Shown here piece after piece: positions 34,931 through 42,949 of a stretch of DNA of 50,429 bases. Made by a program: the position numbers and the translations under genes. Origin of the DNA: Thermoplasmata archaeon (GTDB taxonomy: Archaea; Thermoplasmatota; Thermoplasmata; Lutacidiplasmatales; UBA184); the NCBI GenBank assembly GCA_035624925.1, contig DASPQN010000061.1:1-50429 (forward strand). Reading direction: 5' to 3'. The notes under the pieces are model-generated. The model worked only from the letters and a program-made list of their open reading frames with translations, made no database searches and was not told the origin of the DNA. Position 1 is the stretch's first letter. Each line of letters starts with the position of its first letter.

Positions 34931-35890
34931 CTACGGTCTGGGTCGGCCGAACGGGCGCCAGCCCGCCTCGGGCATCGTCTCGGTGCCCCGGGCCGTGAGC
35001 AGGAACGCCCCGCGTCCGCGCTCGACGGCGCCGACCCGGGTCAGCCGCCCTCCCGCGGCCCGAACCGCGCGGGCCGCGGGACCGACGCGCGCCGGCGGGA
35101 CGGAGGCGAGCAGCTCGTAGTCGCCGCCGTAGAACGCGGCCGAGCGGCGTCGGCTCGCGGGGGCGACCTTACGGAGGGCGGTCGCGAGCGGCAGCCTCCG
35201 TTCGTCGACCACCAGGCGCACTTCGCTCGCGTTGGCGAGAAGCCGGGCGCTCTCGGCGAGCCCATCGGAGGTGTCGAGCATCGCCGACGCGTACCGCGCG
35301 AGGACCGGCCCCTCGCGAACGCGGGGCCGCACGCGCAGCAGGCCCGCGACCGCGCGCTCGCCGGCGGCCCCGGCCTCGTGGAGGGCGAGGGCCGCCGCCC
35401 CACCTCGACCGACCACCCCGGTGGTCACGAGCACGTCGCCAGGCCGCGCGCCCGTTCGACCGACGAGCCGGTCCGCCCGGGCCGCGCCGACGACCGTGCT
35501 GACCACGGAACGCGTCGGACCCGGTTTGGTATCCCCCCCGAGCACGTGGGCCCCGAAACGGGCGGCCTCCGCCTCGGCGCCGAGGACGAGCTGCTCGGCC
35601 CAGGCCCGGGGTGAACCTCGGGGGACGATGACCGCGAGGAAGACCGCGAGGGGGACCGCGCCCTTGGCGGCGACGTCCGAGAGGCTGGTCGCGCTCGCCG
35701 CGCGGCCGACGAGCCGGGGCGGCGACGCCCGACGGAAGTGGAGGCCCTCGACCAGGGCGTCGGTCGAGACGACCGCGACGGTCCCACGCGGGAGACGGAC
35801 CGCCGCCGCGTCATCCCCGAGCGGGAGCCGCCCCTCCGACCCGCTCGGGAGGGCGGCGGCGAGCCAGGCGTGGAACGCCCGCTCCTCCAT
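34931..35890 (-). CDS. thiL: thiamine-monophosphate kinase
   Basis: C-terminal 319 aa of ORF 34931..36838 from ATG 35890. LGDDAAAV, VSTDALVEGLHF, ATSLSDVAAKGA, GGDT. The upstream part of the track ORF is an out-of-frame read through the acyl-CoA dehydrogenase gene. Confidence 0.88.
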   Translation of the reverse strand: MEERAFHAWLAAALPSGSEGRLPLGDDAAAVRLPRGTVAVVSTDALVEGLHFRRASPPRLVGRAASATSLSDVAAKGAVPLAVFLAVIVPRGSPRAWAEQLVLGAEAEAARFGAHVLGGDTKPGPTRSVVSTVVGAARADRLVGRTGARPGDVLVTTGVVGRGGAAALALHEAGAAGERAVAGLLRVRPRVREGPVLARYASAMLDTSDGLAESARLLANASEVRLVVDERRLPLATALRKVAPASRRRSAAFYGGDYELLASVPPARVGPAARAVRAAGGRLTRVGAVERGRGAFLLTARGTETMPEAGWRPFGRPRP

Positions 35891-35928
35891 CGCGGGGGAG
35901 CGGCGGAGGCGGCGCTGCCGGGGGACCG

Positions 35929-37119
35929 TCACTTGTACGGGACGAACTCCTTCCCGAGGAGCTCGCGGCCGAGGATGATCCGCATGATGTTCAGGCCCCC
36001 TTCCGCGCCGACCAGGTAGCTCATCACGCCGCGGAAGCCGAGGTCGAGGCCGGCGTCCTTCGTGTAGCCCGCGGCCCCGTGCCACATCATCACTCGCTTC
36101 ACGCACTCGAAGGCGATCTGCGGCGCGTTCAGCTTGACCGACGCCACCGCGAGGTCGACCTCCGAGCGGTGCGCGGTGTCGCCCTTCAGGGTGTAGCGGT
36201 CGAGCAGCCACGCGGCGCGGCGGCACTGCCATTTCACCGCCTCCACTTGCGTGTAGAGGTCGACCAGTTCGAACTGGATCGCCTCGAACTTGCCGAGCGG
36301 CTGGCCGAACGCCCGGCGCTCGCGCACGTAGGCGATCCCGGCCTCGAGCGCGCGTTCCGCCGCGCCGATGCAGGCCGCGGCGACGAACGTCCGGGCGATC
36401 GTGAACCCCTCCATCGCGCACTCGAAACCCCGGTGCTCGGCACCGACCAGGTACTTCGCCGGGACCTCGGCATCCGCGTAGGTGAGGCCCCCGGTCGAGA
36501 TCCCCATGCGGCCCATGTTCTCGAACTTCTGGGTCGCGATCCGCTCCCCGCGGGTCGGGACGTAGAGGAAGTCGAACCCTCCGCCGTCCGCCTTCGCGAG
36601 CGTGAGATGCCCTCCGCCGAGGCGGCGCGCCTCCTCGACCCCGGAGATGAACGACTTCTCGCCGTGGAGGACGAATCGGTCCCCGTCCCGGCGGACCGTG
36701 GTGTGCATCCCGGCGAGGTCGCTGCCTCCGGTCGGCTCGGTCGACGCGATCCCGAGGAACGCCTTGCCGGCGGTCACCGCCGGCAGGACCTCCTGCTTCG
36801 CCTCCTCGGTGCCGTGGCGGGCGAGGATGGCACCCCATCCGGCCTCGAGCAGGAAGAAGACGGCGGTCGCCATCGAGAAGTCTCCACGGCCGACCTCCTC
36901 CGCCGCCAGCTCGGTGAGGACGGCCGAGGCGCCCATCCCGCCGTACTGCTCGGGGACCATCATCGACAGCAGGCCGAGCTCGGCCATCGCTCGGAGGACG
37001 TCCGGCGGGATCGTGCCGTGGGCGTCGATCTCCCGCTCGTGGGTCCTCAGGACCCGGTCGCCGAACTTGCGCGCGGCCTCCTGGAACGCCCGCTCCTCGT
37101 CCGAAAGAAGAAACTCCAT
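35929..37119 (-). CDS. acyl-CoA dehydrogenase
   Basis: 396 aa. Typical ACAD N-terminal helical, middle beta (GIASTEPTGGSDLAGM) and C-terminal helical domains. Confidence 0.92.
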   Translation of the reverse strand: MEFLLSDEERAFQEAARKFGDRVLRTHEREIDAHGTIPPDVLRAMAELGLLSMMVPEQYGGMGASAVLTELAAEEVGRGDFSMATAVFFLLEAGWGAILARHGTEEAKQEVLPAVTAGKAFLGIASTEPTGGSDLAGMHTTVRRDGDRFVLHGEKSFISGVEEARRLGGGHLTLAKADGGGFDFLYVPTRGERIATQKFENMGRMGISTGGLTYADAEVPAKYLVGAEHRGFECAMEGFTIARTFVAAACIGAAERALEAGIAYVRERRAFGQPLGKFEAIQFELVDLYTQVEAVKWQCRRAAWLLDRYTLKGDTAHRSEVDLAVASVKLNAPQIAFECVKRVMMWHGAAGYTKDAGLDLGFRGVMSYLVGAEGGLNIMRIILGRELLGKEFVPYK

Positions 37120-37143
37120 CGGGGCCCGCGACGCGTCGCCGAG

Positions 37144-37150
37144 GATTTAG
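37144..37150 (-). promoter_or_regulatory. TATA-like box for the acyl-CoA dehydrogenase gene
   Basis: Plus gatttag = minus CTAAATC, centred about 28 nt upstream of ATG 37119. Confidence 0.35.
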
Positions 37151-37228
37151 CCTCGACCCGCCCGGGCCGTTCCCGAGGAGAACACCTCATTACCCCGGAG
37201 CCGGTCGTCCCACCGGCCGAGGTTCTCG

Positions 37229-38314
37229 ATGAAGATTCGGGTCGGGATCAACGGGTTCGGGACGATCGGCAAGCGGGTCGCCGACGCGGTCGCACGGCAG
37301 CCGGACCTCGAGCTCGTCGGCGTGGCGAAGACCCGTCCGGGTTTCGAGGCCCGACGCGCCGTCGACCGAGGGTATCCGCTCTATGTCGCCGGCAACGGCT
37401 CGCCGGAGAAGTTCGCGGCCGTCGGGCTGCCGGTGGCGGGACGGCTCGCCGAGCTCCTCGCCAAGGTCGACGTGGTGGTCGACGCGTCCCCGGAGGACGT
37501 CGGACGGGAGAACCGTGCCCTCTACGGCGCCGCGGGGGTCCGGGCGGTCTTCCAGGGCGGGGAGGAGGCCGACGTGGCGGAGGCGTCGTTCAGCGCGCTC
37601 GCGAACTACGAGGCCTGCCGGGGGAAGCGCTCGCTCCGTGTCGTATCGTGCAACACCACGGGCATCACCCGGGCGGCCGCGGTCCTGCTTCCCCGATGGG
37701 GCGTGAAGCAGTGGGACGTCACCCTCGTCCGGCGCGCCGCGGACCCCGGAGAGATCAAGCGCGGGCCCATCGACGGGATCATCCCGACGCTCGACATGCC
37801 GTCGCACCACGGACCGGATGCACGGACGGTCCTGCCGGACCTCCCGATCACCACCACCGCGGTGGTCGTCCCCACGACGCTGATGCACGTGCACGTCAAC
37901 CACGTGCGCCTCGCTCGTCCTCCCGCAAGCTCGACCGAGGTGCTGGAGGCGTTCCGGTCCACGCCCCGGTTCCATCTGTTCGCCCCGTGGGAGGGCGCGG
38001 ACGGCACGCCCCAGGTGATGGAGTATGCCCGCGACCGCGCCGGCCGGGGCGCCGGAACGACGCCGGACATGATGGAGAACGTCCTGTGGGAGCGGGGTGT
38101 CCGCCTGGACGGCGAGGACGCCTATTTCTTCCAGGCGATCCACCAGGAGTCGATCGTCGTCCCGGAGAACGTCGACGCGATCCGGGCGATGTTCGACGTC
38201 GCCGACGGCCCGACGTCGATCGCCACGACCGACCGGGCGCTCGGGCTGGGCCACGCGCCGTCGGCCCCCGGCCGCCCGCTCGCGGCGCGGACCGCGGGCC
38301 GGGCCAAGGCGTAG
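37229..38314 (+). CDS. gap: type II (archaeal) glyceraldehyde-3-phosphate dehydrogenase
   Basis: 361 aa. MKIRVGINGFGTIGKRVADAV, VSCNTTG active-site Cys. GAGGT lies 5 nt upstream of ATG. Confidence 0.92.
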   Translation: MKIRVGINGFGTIGKRVADAVARQPDLELVGVAKTRPGFEARRAVDRGYPLYVAGNGSPEKFAAVGLPVAGRLAELLAKVDVVVDASPEDVGRENRALYGAAGVRAVFQGGEEADVAEASFSALANYEACRGKRSLRVVSCNTTGITRAAAVLLPRWGVKQWDVTLVRRAADPGEIKRGPIDGIIPTLDMPSHHGPDARTVLPDLPITTTAVVVPTTLMHVHVNHVRLARPPASSTEVLEAFRSTPRFHLFAPWEGADGTPQVMEYARDRAGRGAGTTPDMMENVLWERGVRLDGEDAYFFQAIHQESIVVPENVDAIRAMFDVADGPTSIATTDRALGLGHAPSAPGRPLAARTAGRAKA

Positions 38315-38355
38315 GGCCGCCGTCCCACGAGCGGCACGCGCGCGCCCCGAACCAT

Positions 38356-38363
38356 CTTATAGG
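38356..38363 (+). promoter_or_regulatory. TATA box for the rpoE-spt4-...-S27ae cluster
   Basis: cttatagg, centred about 26 nt upstream of ATG 38386. Confidence 0.45.
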
Positions 38364-38385
38364 GGACCTTTCTCGCGCGGCGCAG

Positions 38386-39024
38386 ATGTATTATCTCGAC
38401 CATCGCCGCGACGTGGTGCGCATCCCGCCGGCCCGGCTCGGGCCGGAGCTGGCCGGAGTTCTTGTCGAGCTCGCCCAGCAGCAGTTCGAGGGGAAGCTCG
38501 TCGACGGCCAGAACCTCGCCGTGACGATCCGCGACGTGAAGCCCGTCGGGGAGGGCCACATCATCCACGGCGACGGCGGGGTCTACCAGGAGGTCGAGTA
38601 CGAGGCGCTCCTCTTCCGCCCGGAGATCCAGGAAGTCGTCGAGGGCTCGGTCGTCGAGATCCGCAAGTTCGGGGCGTTCGTACGGTTCGGCCCGCTCGAC
38701 GGGCTCCTGCACGTCTCTCAGATCATGGACGACCGGGTGAACATCGACGAGCACAACCAGCGCCTGGTCGGCGTCGAGACCAAGCGCGACCTCAAGGTCG
38801 GCTACAAGGTTCGGGCGCGCGTGGTCTCGCTCTCGCTCTCGGAGATCTCCCCTCGCGATAGCCGCATCGGGCTGACGATGCGCCAGCCCGCCCTCGGCAG
38901 GTTCGAGTGGATCGCGGACGCCCACCGCAAGGCGGACGAACGGACCGGTAAGAAAGGGGCCGCCCCGACGGCCGCGAAGAAGGCCCCGGCGAAGCCGGCG
39001 GCGAAGGGCCCCGCCGCGAGCTAG
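38386..39024 (+). CDS. rpoE: DNA-directed RNA polymerase subunit E' (Rpo7), with A/K/P-rich C-terminal tail
   Basis: Last 212 aa of ORF 36079..39024 from ATG 38386. MYYLDHRRDVVRIPP..L, S1 domain GSVVEIRKFGAFVRFGPLDGLLHVSQI. Tail KKGAAPTAAKKAPAKPAAKGPAAS. Confidence 0.9.
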   Translation: MYYLDHRRDVVRIPPARLGPELAGVLVELAQQQFEGKLVDGQNLAVTIRDVKPVGEGHIIHGDGGVYQEVEYEALLFRPEIQEVVEGSVVEIRKFGAFVRFGPLDGLLHVSQIMDDRVNIDEHNQRLVGVETKRDLKVGYKVRARVVSLSLSEISPRDSRIGLTMRQPALGRFEWIADAHRKADERTGKKGAAPTAAKKAPAKPAAKGPAAS

Positions 39025-39034
39025 GGCACGCACC

Positions 39035-39220
39035 ATGATCAACCTGAGGGCATGCAAGAACTGCCGCGCGGTGACCGACCAGGCGAAGTGCCCTCGGTGC
39101 GGCGGGGAGGTCTCGCGCGAGTGGCAGGGCTACCTGGTCGTGATCGACCCGGAGCGGAGCGAGATCGCGAAGAAGATGGGGATCCATGACGCGGGCCGAT
39201 ACGCGCTCCGCGTCAAGTAA
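39035..39220 (+). CDS. spt4: transcription elongation factor Spt4 (RpoE'')
   Basis: 61 aa. CKNC....CPRCGG zinc ribbon and WQGYLVVIDPERSEIAKKMGI. Confidence 0.88.
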   Translation: MINLRACKNCRAVTDQAKCPRCGGEVSREWQGYLVVIDPERSEIAKKMGIHDAGRYALRVK

Positions 39221-39743
39221 CGGCCGCGTCTGGGTCGTTCCGGACGCTCTCCGCCCGACCCTCGCGGAGAAGTACGGGCCGGTCTACGCGGGGGAGGACG
39301 CCGACCGGCGCATCCGGGCCCTGCGAGTGTTCGGCGCCTGCGGCGACCGGGTCGTGGCCCGTGCCCTGGAGCTCGGGCACCCTCCGCTAGTGGGGATCGT
39401 CGACTACAAGACCCGCCGAGGGGAGCCGATCCCTCGCGAGACGTACCGCGCCCTCGGCGCGCGGAGGACGGTGCGGGTCGCGAACCCCGCAGGTCAGCTG
39501 ACCGAAAGACTACGTTCGGCGGTCCGAGAGCTTGCCGCCTCGGGCGGGGGGCTGCTCGAGGTCGAGGGCGAGGAGGACCTCGGCGCGCTCGCGCTCGTCG
39601 AGTCGCTCCCGCTCGGAGCGACCGTTATATACGGCATCCCTGGTGAGGGGGTCTCCTTCGTCCTCGTCGACGACGTCGCGAAGGCCCATGTGCGAGACCT
39701 CGTCGCCCAGATGGAACTGAGGAGGACCGGGAATGGAGATTAA
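39186..39743 (+). CDS. DUF359-family GTP-dependent dephospho-CoA kinase
   Basis: 185 aa. ACGDRVVARALELGHPPLVGIVDYKTRRGE and EGEEDLGALALV patterns, in the conserved position after spt4. Overlaps spt4 by 35 nt. Confidence 0.8.
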   Translation: MTRADTRSASSNGRVWVVPDALRPTLAEKYGPVYAGEDADRRIRALRVFGACGDRVVARALELGHPPLVGIVDYKTRRGEPIPRETYRALGARRTVRVANPAGQLTERLRSAVRELAASGGGLLEVEGEEDLGALALVESLPLGATVIYGIPGEGVSFVLVDDVAKAHVRDLVAQMELRRTGNGD

Positions 39744-40269
39744 GATCCTCGAAGAGCGCACGAACCCGCTCCTGAAGCGTCACGAGCTCCGCTTCGAGGT
39801 CGCCCACGCGACCGCCGCGACGCCGAACCGCGACAGCGTCCGGACCGAGCTCGCGAAGGCGGTCCATGCACCCAAGGACCGCGTCATCATCGAACGGATG
39901 AACCCGCGGTTCGGCACGGCCATCACCCGCGGCGAGGCGAACATCTACGACTCGGCCGAAGCGGCCAAGTCGATCACGCGCGAGCACATCCTGGTCCGCA
40001 ACGGCCTCAAGGAGAAGGCGACGAAGGCCCCGGTCGCCGAGTCGGCCGCCGCCCCGTCTCCCGAGGCCCCGAAGGCCGAGGCTCCGGTGGCTCCCGCGGA
40101 GCCCGCGGCAGCCCCCGCCGCGGTGCCGGCGCACGAGAAGGGCGCGGCGGAAGCACCATCCCATGCCAAGGCCGCGGCCCACCCGCCCTCTGCGGACGCC
40201 GCCGGGCCCGAAACCCCGGCGCACGACGCCGCCGCGAAGAAGGGCAAGGCCCACCCGAAGAAGGAGTGA
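39733..40269 (+). CDS. rps24e: 30S ribosomal protein S24e with about 80-aa A/P/E/K-rich C-terminal extension
   Basis: MEIKILEERTNPLLKRHELRFEV.H...ATP.R..VR.ELAK......D.VII..M...FG is canonical S24e for about 95 aa. It then continues ATKAPVAESAAAPSPEAPKAEAPVAPAEP...AAAKKGKAHPKKE in frame with high GC3. Confidence 0.88.
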   Translation: MEIKILEERTNPLLKRHELRFEVAHATAATPNRDSVRTELAKAVHAPKDRVIIERMNPRFGTAITRGEANIYDSAEAAKSITREHILVRNGLKEKATKAPVAESAAAPSPEAPKAEAPVAPAEPAAAPAAVPAHEKGAAEAPSHAKAAAHPPSADAAGPETPAHDAAAKKGKAHPKKE

Positions 40270-40273
40270 GGGC

Positions 40274-40462
40274 GTGGCGAAGGCGAGGGTCGGCCTATAC
40301 GACACGAGCGGCGAGACCCTCCGCCGGACCCATCTGACGTGTCCGAAGTGCGGCCCCGGTACGTTCCTCGCCGAACACGGCGACCGTCGATCGTGCGGAC
40401 GGTGCGGCTACTCCGAGTCGAAGACCGCGCCCCCGGCCAAGGGCAGGGCCTCCAAGGCGTAG
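40274..40462 (+). CDS. rps27ae: 30S ribosomal protein S27ae
   Basis: 62 aa from GTG 40274. CPKCGPGTFLAEHGDRRSCGRCGY zinc ribbon, in the conserved position right after S24e. Confidence 0.85.
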   Translation: MAKARVGLYDTSGETLRRTHLTCPKCGPGTFLAEHGDRRSCGRCGYSESKTAPPAKGRASKA

Positions 40463-40509
40463 CGCGCCGCCGCAGGGGCTTTCCCCCCGCCGCGGGTACG
40501 TCAGATTCG

Positions 40510-40884
40510 ATGCCGTACCTCGCGGACCGGTCCGCCCGGCTCTACTACGATGATTCGTGCGGACCGTGTCGGTTCCTTGCCCGCGCGGCGGAAGGGATGA
40601 GCCACCATCGGGTCGAGGCCGTGCCGCTGGGAGCCCCGGCCGCCGACGTCGAGCTCGGGGCCTTGCCGGTCGAGACGCGCTACGGTTCGGCCCACCTGTC
40701 GATCGACGGCGCGCTTCGCACCGGTGAAGGCGTACCGGTGCCCCTCCTCGGTCTCACTCTCGGCCCACGATGGGAGCAGGTCGCCCGCAAGGTCCCCATC
40801 GCCGACCGGGCCCTCCGCAGCACCTACGTTCGGCTGTGGAAGGTCCGTCAAAGATCCGGATGCGGAGCGAAGACCGCGCCGTGA
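40510..40884 (+). CDS. DCC1-like thiol-disulfide oxidoreductase (DUF393)
   Basis: 124 aa from ATG 40510. LYYDDSCGPCRFLA is the family's D(x)C(x2)C motif. Confidence 0.75.
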   Translation: MPYLADRSARLYYDDSCGPCRFLARAAEGMSHHRVEAVPLGAPAADVELGALPVETRYGSAHLSIDGALRTGEGVPVPLLGLTLGPRWEQVARKVPIADRALRSTYVRLWKVRQRSGCGAKTAP

Positions 40885-41129
40885 TCGCGCCGGGGGGGCG
40901 CCCGCCCTGCCGGGCGTGGTCCTCGCGGAGCGAAGGGAATTGGCTCGACCGGTGAACCCTGGTCCCGCGTAGTGGCGTCACGCGCATCGCGGGCCCGGCG
41001 TAGTCAAGGGGTCGGCTCAGGACGTCGCGTCCTCAGCGGTCGTCGTAGCCAGCGCGCCGCCGGTGGGGAATCGTTGGCGGCCGAGTTGATGAAGGCCCGG
41101 GGTGTTCAGCTTCGTTGAGGGATCGGGGC

Positions 41130-41411
41130 ATGGCCGTCGTCCGCTGGAGGTGCGCTGCGACAGGTCGGGTCCAGGGGGTAAACTACCGGGCGCGGGTCGC
41201 ACAAGCAGCCCGGAGTCGCGGGCTCGTCGGGTCGGTCGAGAACCGGCCCGACGGCACCGTCCTCATCGATGTCCAGGGGCCTGCAGACCAGGTTGTACGG
41301 TTCCTCCAGGAGGTGAGCGGTCCGTCGGGGTCGAGCGACGCCTCCGTGCAACGCCTCGTGGAGCTACCGCTCGCTCCCGAGCTCCTTAGCTTCGTGATCG
41401 CCCGGCTTTGA
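41130..41411 (+). CDS. acyP: acylphosphatase
   Basis: MAVVRWRCAATGRVQGVNYRARVAQAARSRGLVGSVENRPDGTVLIDVQGP contains the V.G.VQGV.FR and G.V.N..DG.V signatures. Confidence 0.85.
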   Translation: MAVVRWRCAATGRVQGVNYRARVAQAARSRGLVGSVENRPDGTVLIDVQGPADQVVRFLQEVSGPSGSSDASVQRLVELPLAPELLSFVIARL

Positions 41412-41551
41412 CCTTGCGCGGTCGCGCTAGCCGCCCGTCGTCGTCGTGTTCCGAGTACCCCGACAGCCCATCGGCTCCCCCGCGATGCACGAACTTTCGT
41501 CCTCCCCAAAGGGTCAAACGGTCGGCTTGCTGCCCCGGAGGTCCGGAGCTT

Positions 41552-41625
41552 GGGCCCGTAGTATAGCTTGGATATCACGGAGGCCTCCGGAGCCTCAAAC
41601 CCGGGTTCGAATCCCGGCGGGCCCG
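41552..41625 (+). tRNA. tRNA-Arg (anticodon CCG), with a weak D-stem
   Basis: GGGCCCG-TA-...-G-GAGGC-CTCCGGA-GCCTC-AAAC-CCGGG-TTCGAAT-CCCGG-CGGGCCC-G. Acceptor, anticodon and T arms are perfect. The D-arm (GTAT AGCTTGGATA TCAC) gives only 2 Watson-Crick pairs in standard numbering. Confidence 0.75.
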
Positions 41626-41876
41626 CCTCGACCGGCGTCGCCGTTAGACCTCGTTAGAATACTGGCCAGCGAACGCCGGCCGCAACGGCCGCTTGGAGGA
41701 CCTCGAGATGCGCAGGCACCTGGTGACAGTTCCCGGGCGGCTGATTCGCCTGATGGGCGACCTCCCCCGGGAACCCGAGAAGCGGGACTGCGGGGGGAAT
41801 CCCACGGCCGTCCACGACCGTTAGGATCCGCGGGGTCACGCCCGCGACCTTCGCCGCTAGGCGGTTCCGAGACCGT

Positions 41877-42746
41877 TCACCAGGGTGGGCGGACGACGGC
41901 CACGTCGACGGCCATCACCGTGAACAGCACGGCCAGATACGGCGATGTGAACTTGAAGAGCCGCCAAGAGTTCACGATCGTCGGATATCTCATCAGCGTC
42001 GCGCTGAAGACGAGGAGCACCGCCCCCATGACCGCCGCCGTGAGGAGGGTCAGGAGGCCGAACGGCGAGCCGGGGACGAACGGGAGGGCCACGGTGAACA
42101 GCGCGAGCAACATGGTGGTCGCCGCGATCCATCGGATCCCGGCCGTGACTCCAAGGCTCACCGGGAGCATCGGGACGTCCGCTCGGGAGTAATCGTCCCG
42201 GAACCGGATCGCGAGGCTCCAGATGTGGATGGGGGTCCAGAGCACCACCAGGGCCATCAGCAGCAGGGCCGTGAGGTCGACCCTCGCGGTCATACTAGCG
42301 TAGCCCACGAGGGCGGGAATCCCCCCGCTCGGCGCCGCGAGGACGATGTTCCAGGGGGTCCTCCGTTTGGTCAGGACATTGTAGACGATGATGTTGTCAA
42401 CGAGCCCAACCGCAAGGAGCAGAACGCAGAGCCACCCCAGCGGATAGGCGCTCGCGAGGCCGACGACGGTCAATCCGAGGCCAAAGGTCCGTGCGTGCTG
42501 CGGGGAGACGTCGCCCGCCGGCAAGGGGCGGCCCTTGGTCCGCTCCATCCGGGCGTCCATGTCCCGGTCGACGTAGTTGGTGAGGGTGCGAGCCCCCATG
42601 CTGCAGAGGGAGACCGCTACGGCGACGTCCAGCAGGAGGACGGGGCGTCGCCATCCGCCCCCGATGACCCCGGCAGCGATGGCGGTGAACGTGAGGAGGA
42701 CGACGATGGGCGGGTTGGTCAGCCGCCAGTACGGCAGCGCGCTCAC
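41877..42746 (-). CDS. ctaB: protoheme IX farnesyltransferase (heme O synthase)
   Basis: 289 aa, GTG start. UbiA-superfamily membrane protein with NYVDRDMDARMERTKGRPLPAG and DDYSRADVPMLP, the CtaB/CyoE-type motifs. Confidence 0.88.
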   Translation of the reverse strand: MSALPYWRLTNPPIVVLLTFTAIAAGVIGGGWRRPVLLLDVAVAVSLCSMGARTLTNYVDRDMDARMERTKGRPLPAGDVSPQHARTFGLGLTVVGLASAYPLGWLCVLLLAVGLVDNIIVYNVLTKRRTPWNIVLAAPSGGIPALVGYASMTARVDLTALLLMALVVLWTPIHIWSLAIRFRDDYSRADVPMLPVSLGVTAGIRWIAATTMLLALFTVALPFVPGSPFGLLTLLTAAVMGAVLLVFSATLMRYPTIVNSWRLFKFTSPYLAVLFTVMAVDVAVVRPPW

Positions 42747-42949
42747 CGGGCCCCCCGGTGCGCGCCAAGGCGGAGGTTCGAGGCTACCCGGCCGCTCGGC
42801 TGCAAGGGCAGGACCCGAGAGAGGGCCAAGCCGTCGTAGATGAGGGTTTCCGAGCGGGGTGTACGCCGACCGACCGCGTCCGCCCGGGCCTTCGGCGCGA
42901 TGCTCACGAGGCGCCGGCCGTTATCGGGCTCGGAGGTGAAGGACTCCGG

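Noticed and set aside
40885-41129. Possible tRNA-like or structured RNA in the 245-nt gap before acyP (GGGCCCGGCGTAGTCAAGGGG..., hairpin CTCAGGAC-gtcgc-GTCCTCAG at about 41017-41037).
   Set aside because: I could not build a cloverleaf: there is no T-loop GTTCRAAT and no consistent acceptor pairing. G/C-rich hairpins of this size are common by chance here.
41654-41839. 61-aa minus-strand ORF 37 nt downstream of ctaB, and a 38-aa plus-strand ORF at about 41707-41823.
   Set aside because: Both strands show similar moderate G/C third-position bias, there are no recognisable motifs, and the two ORFs exclude each other. Evidence is insufficient to call either.
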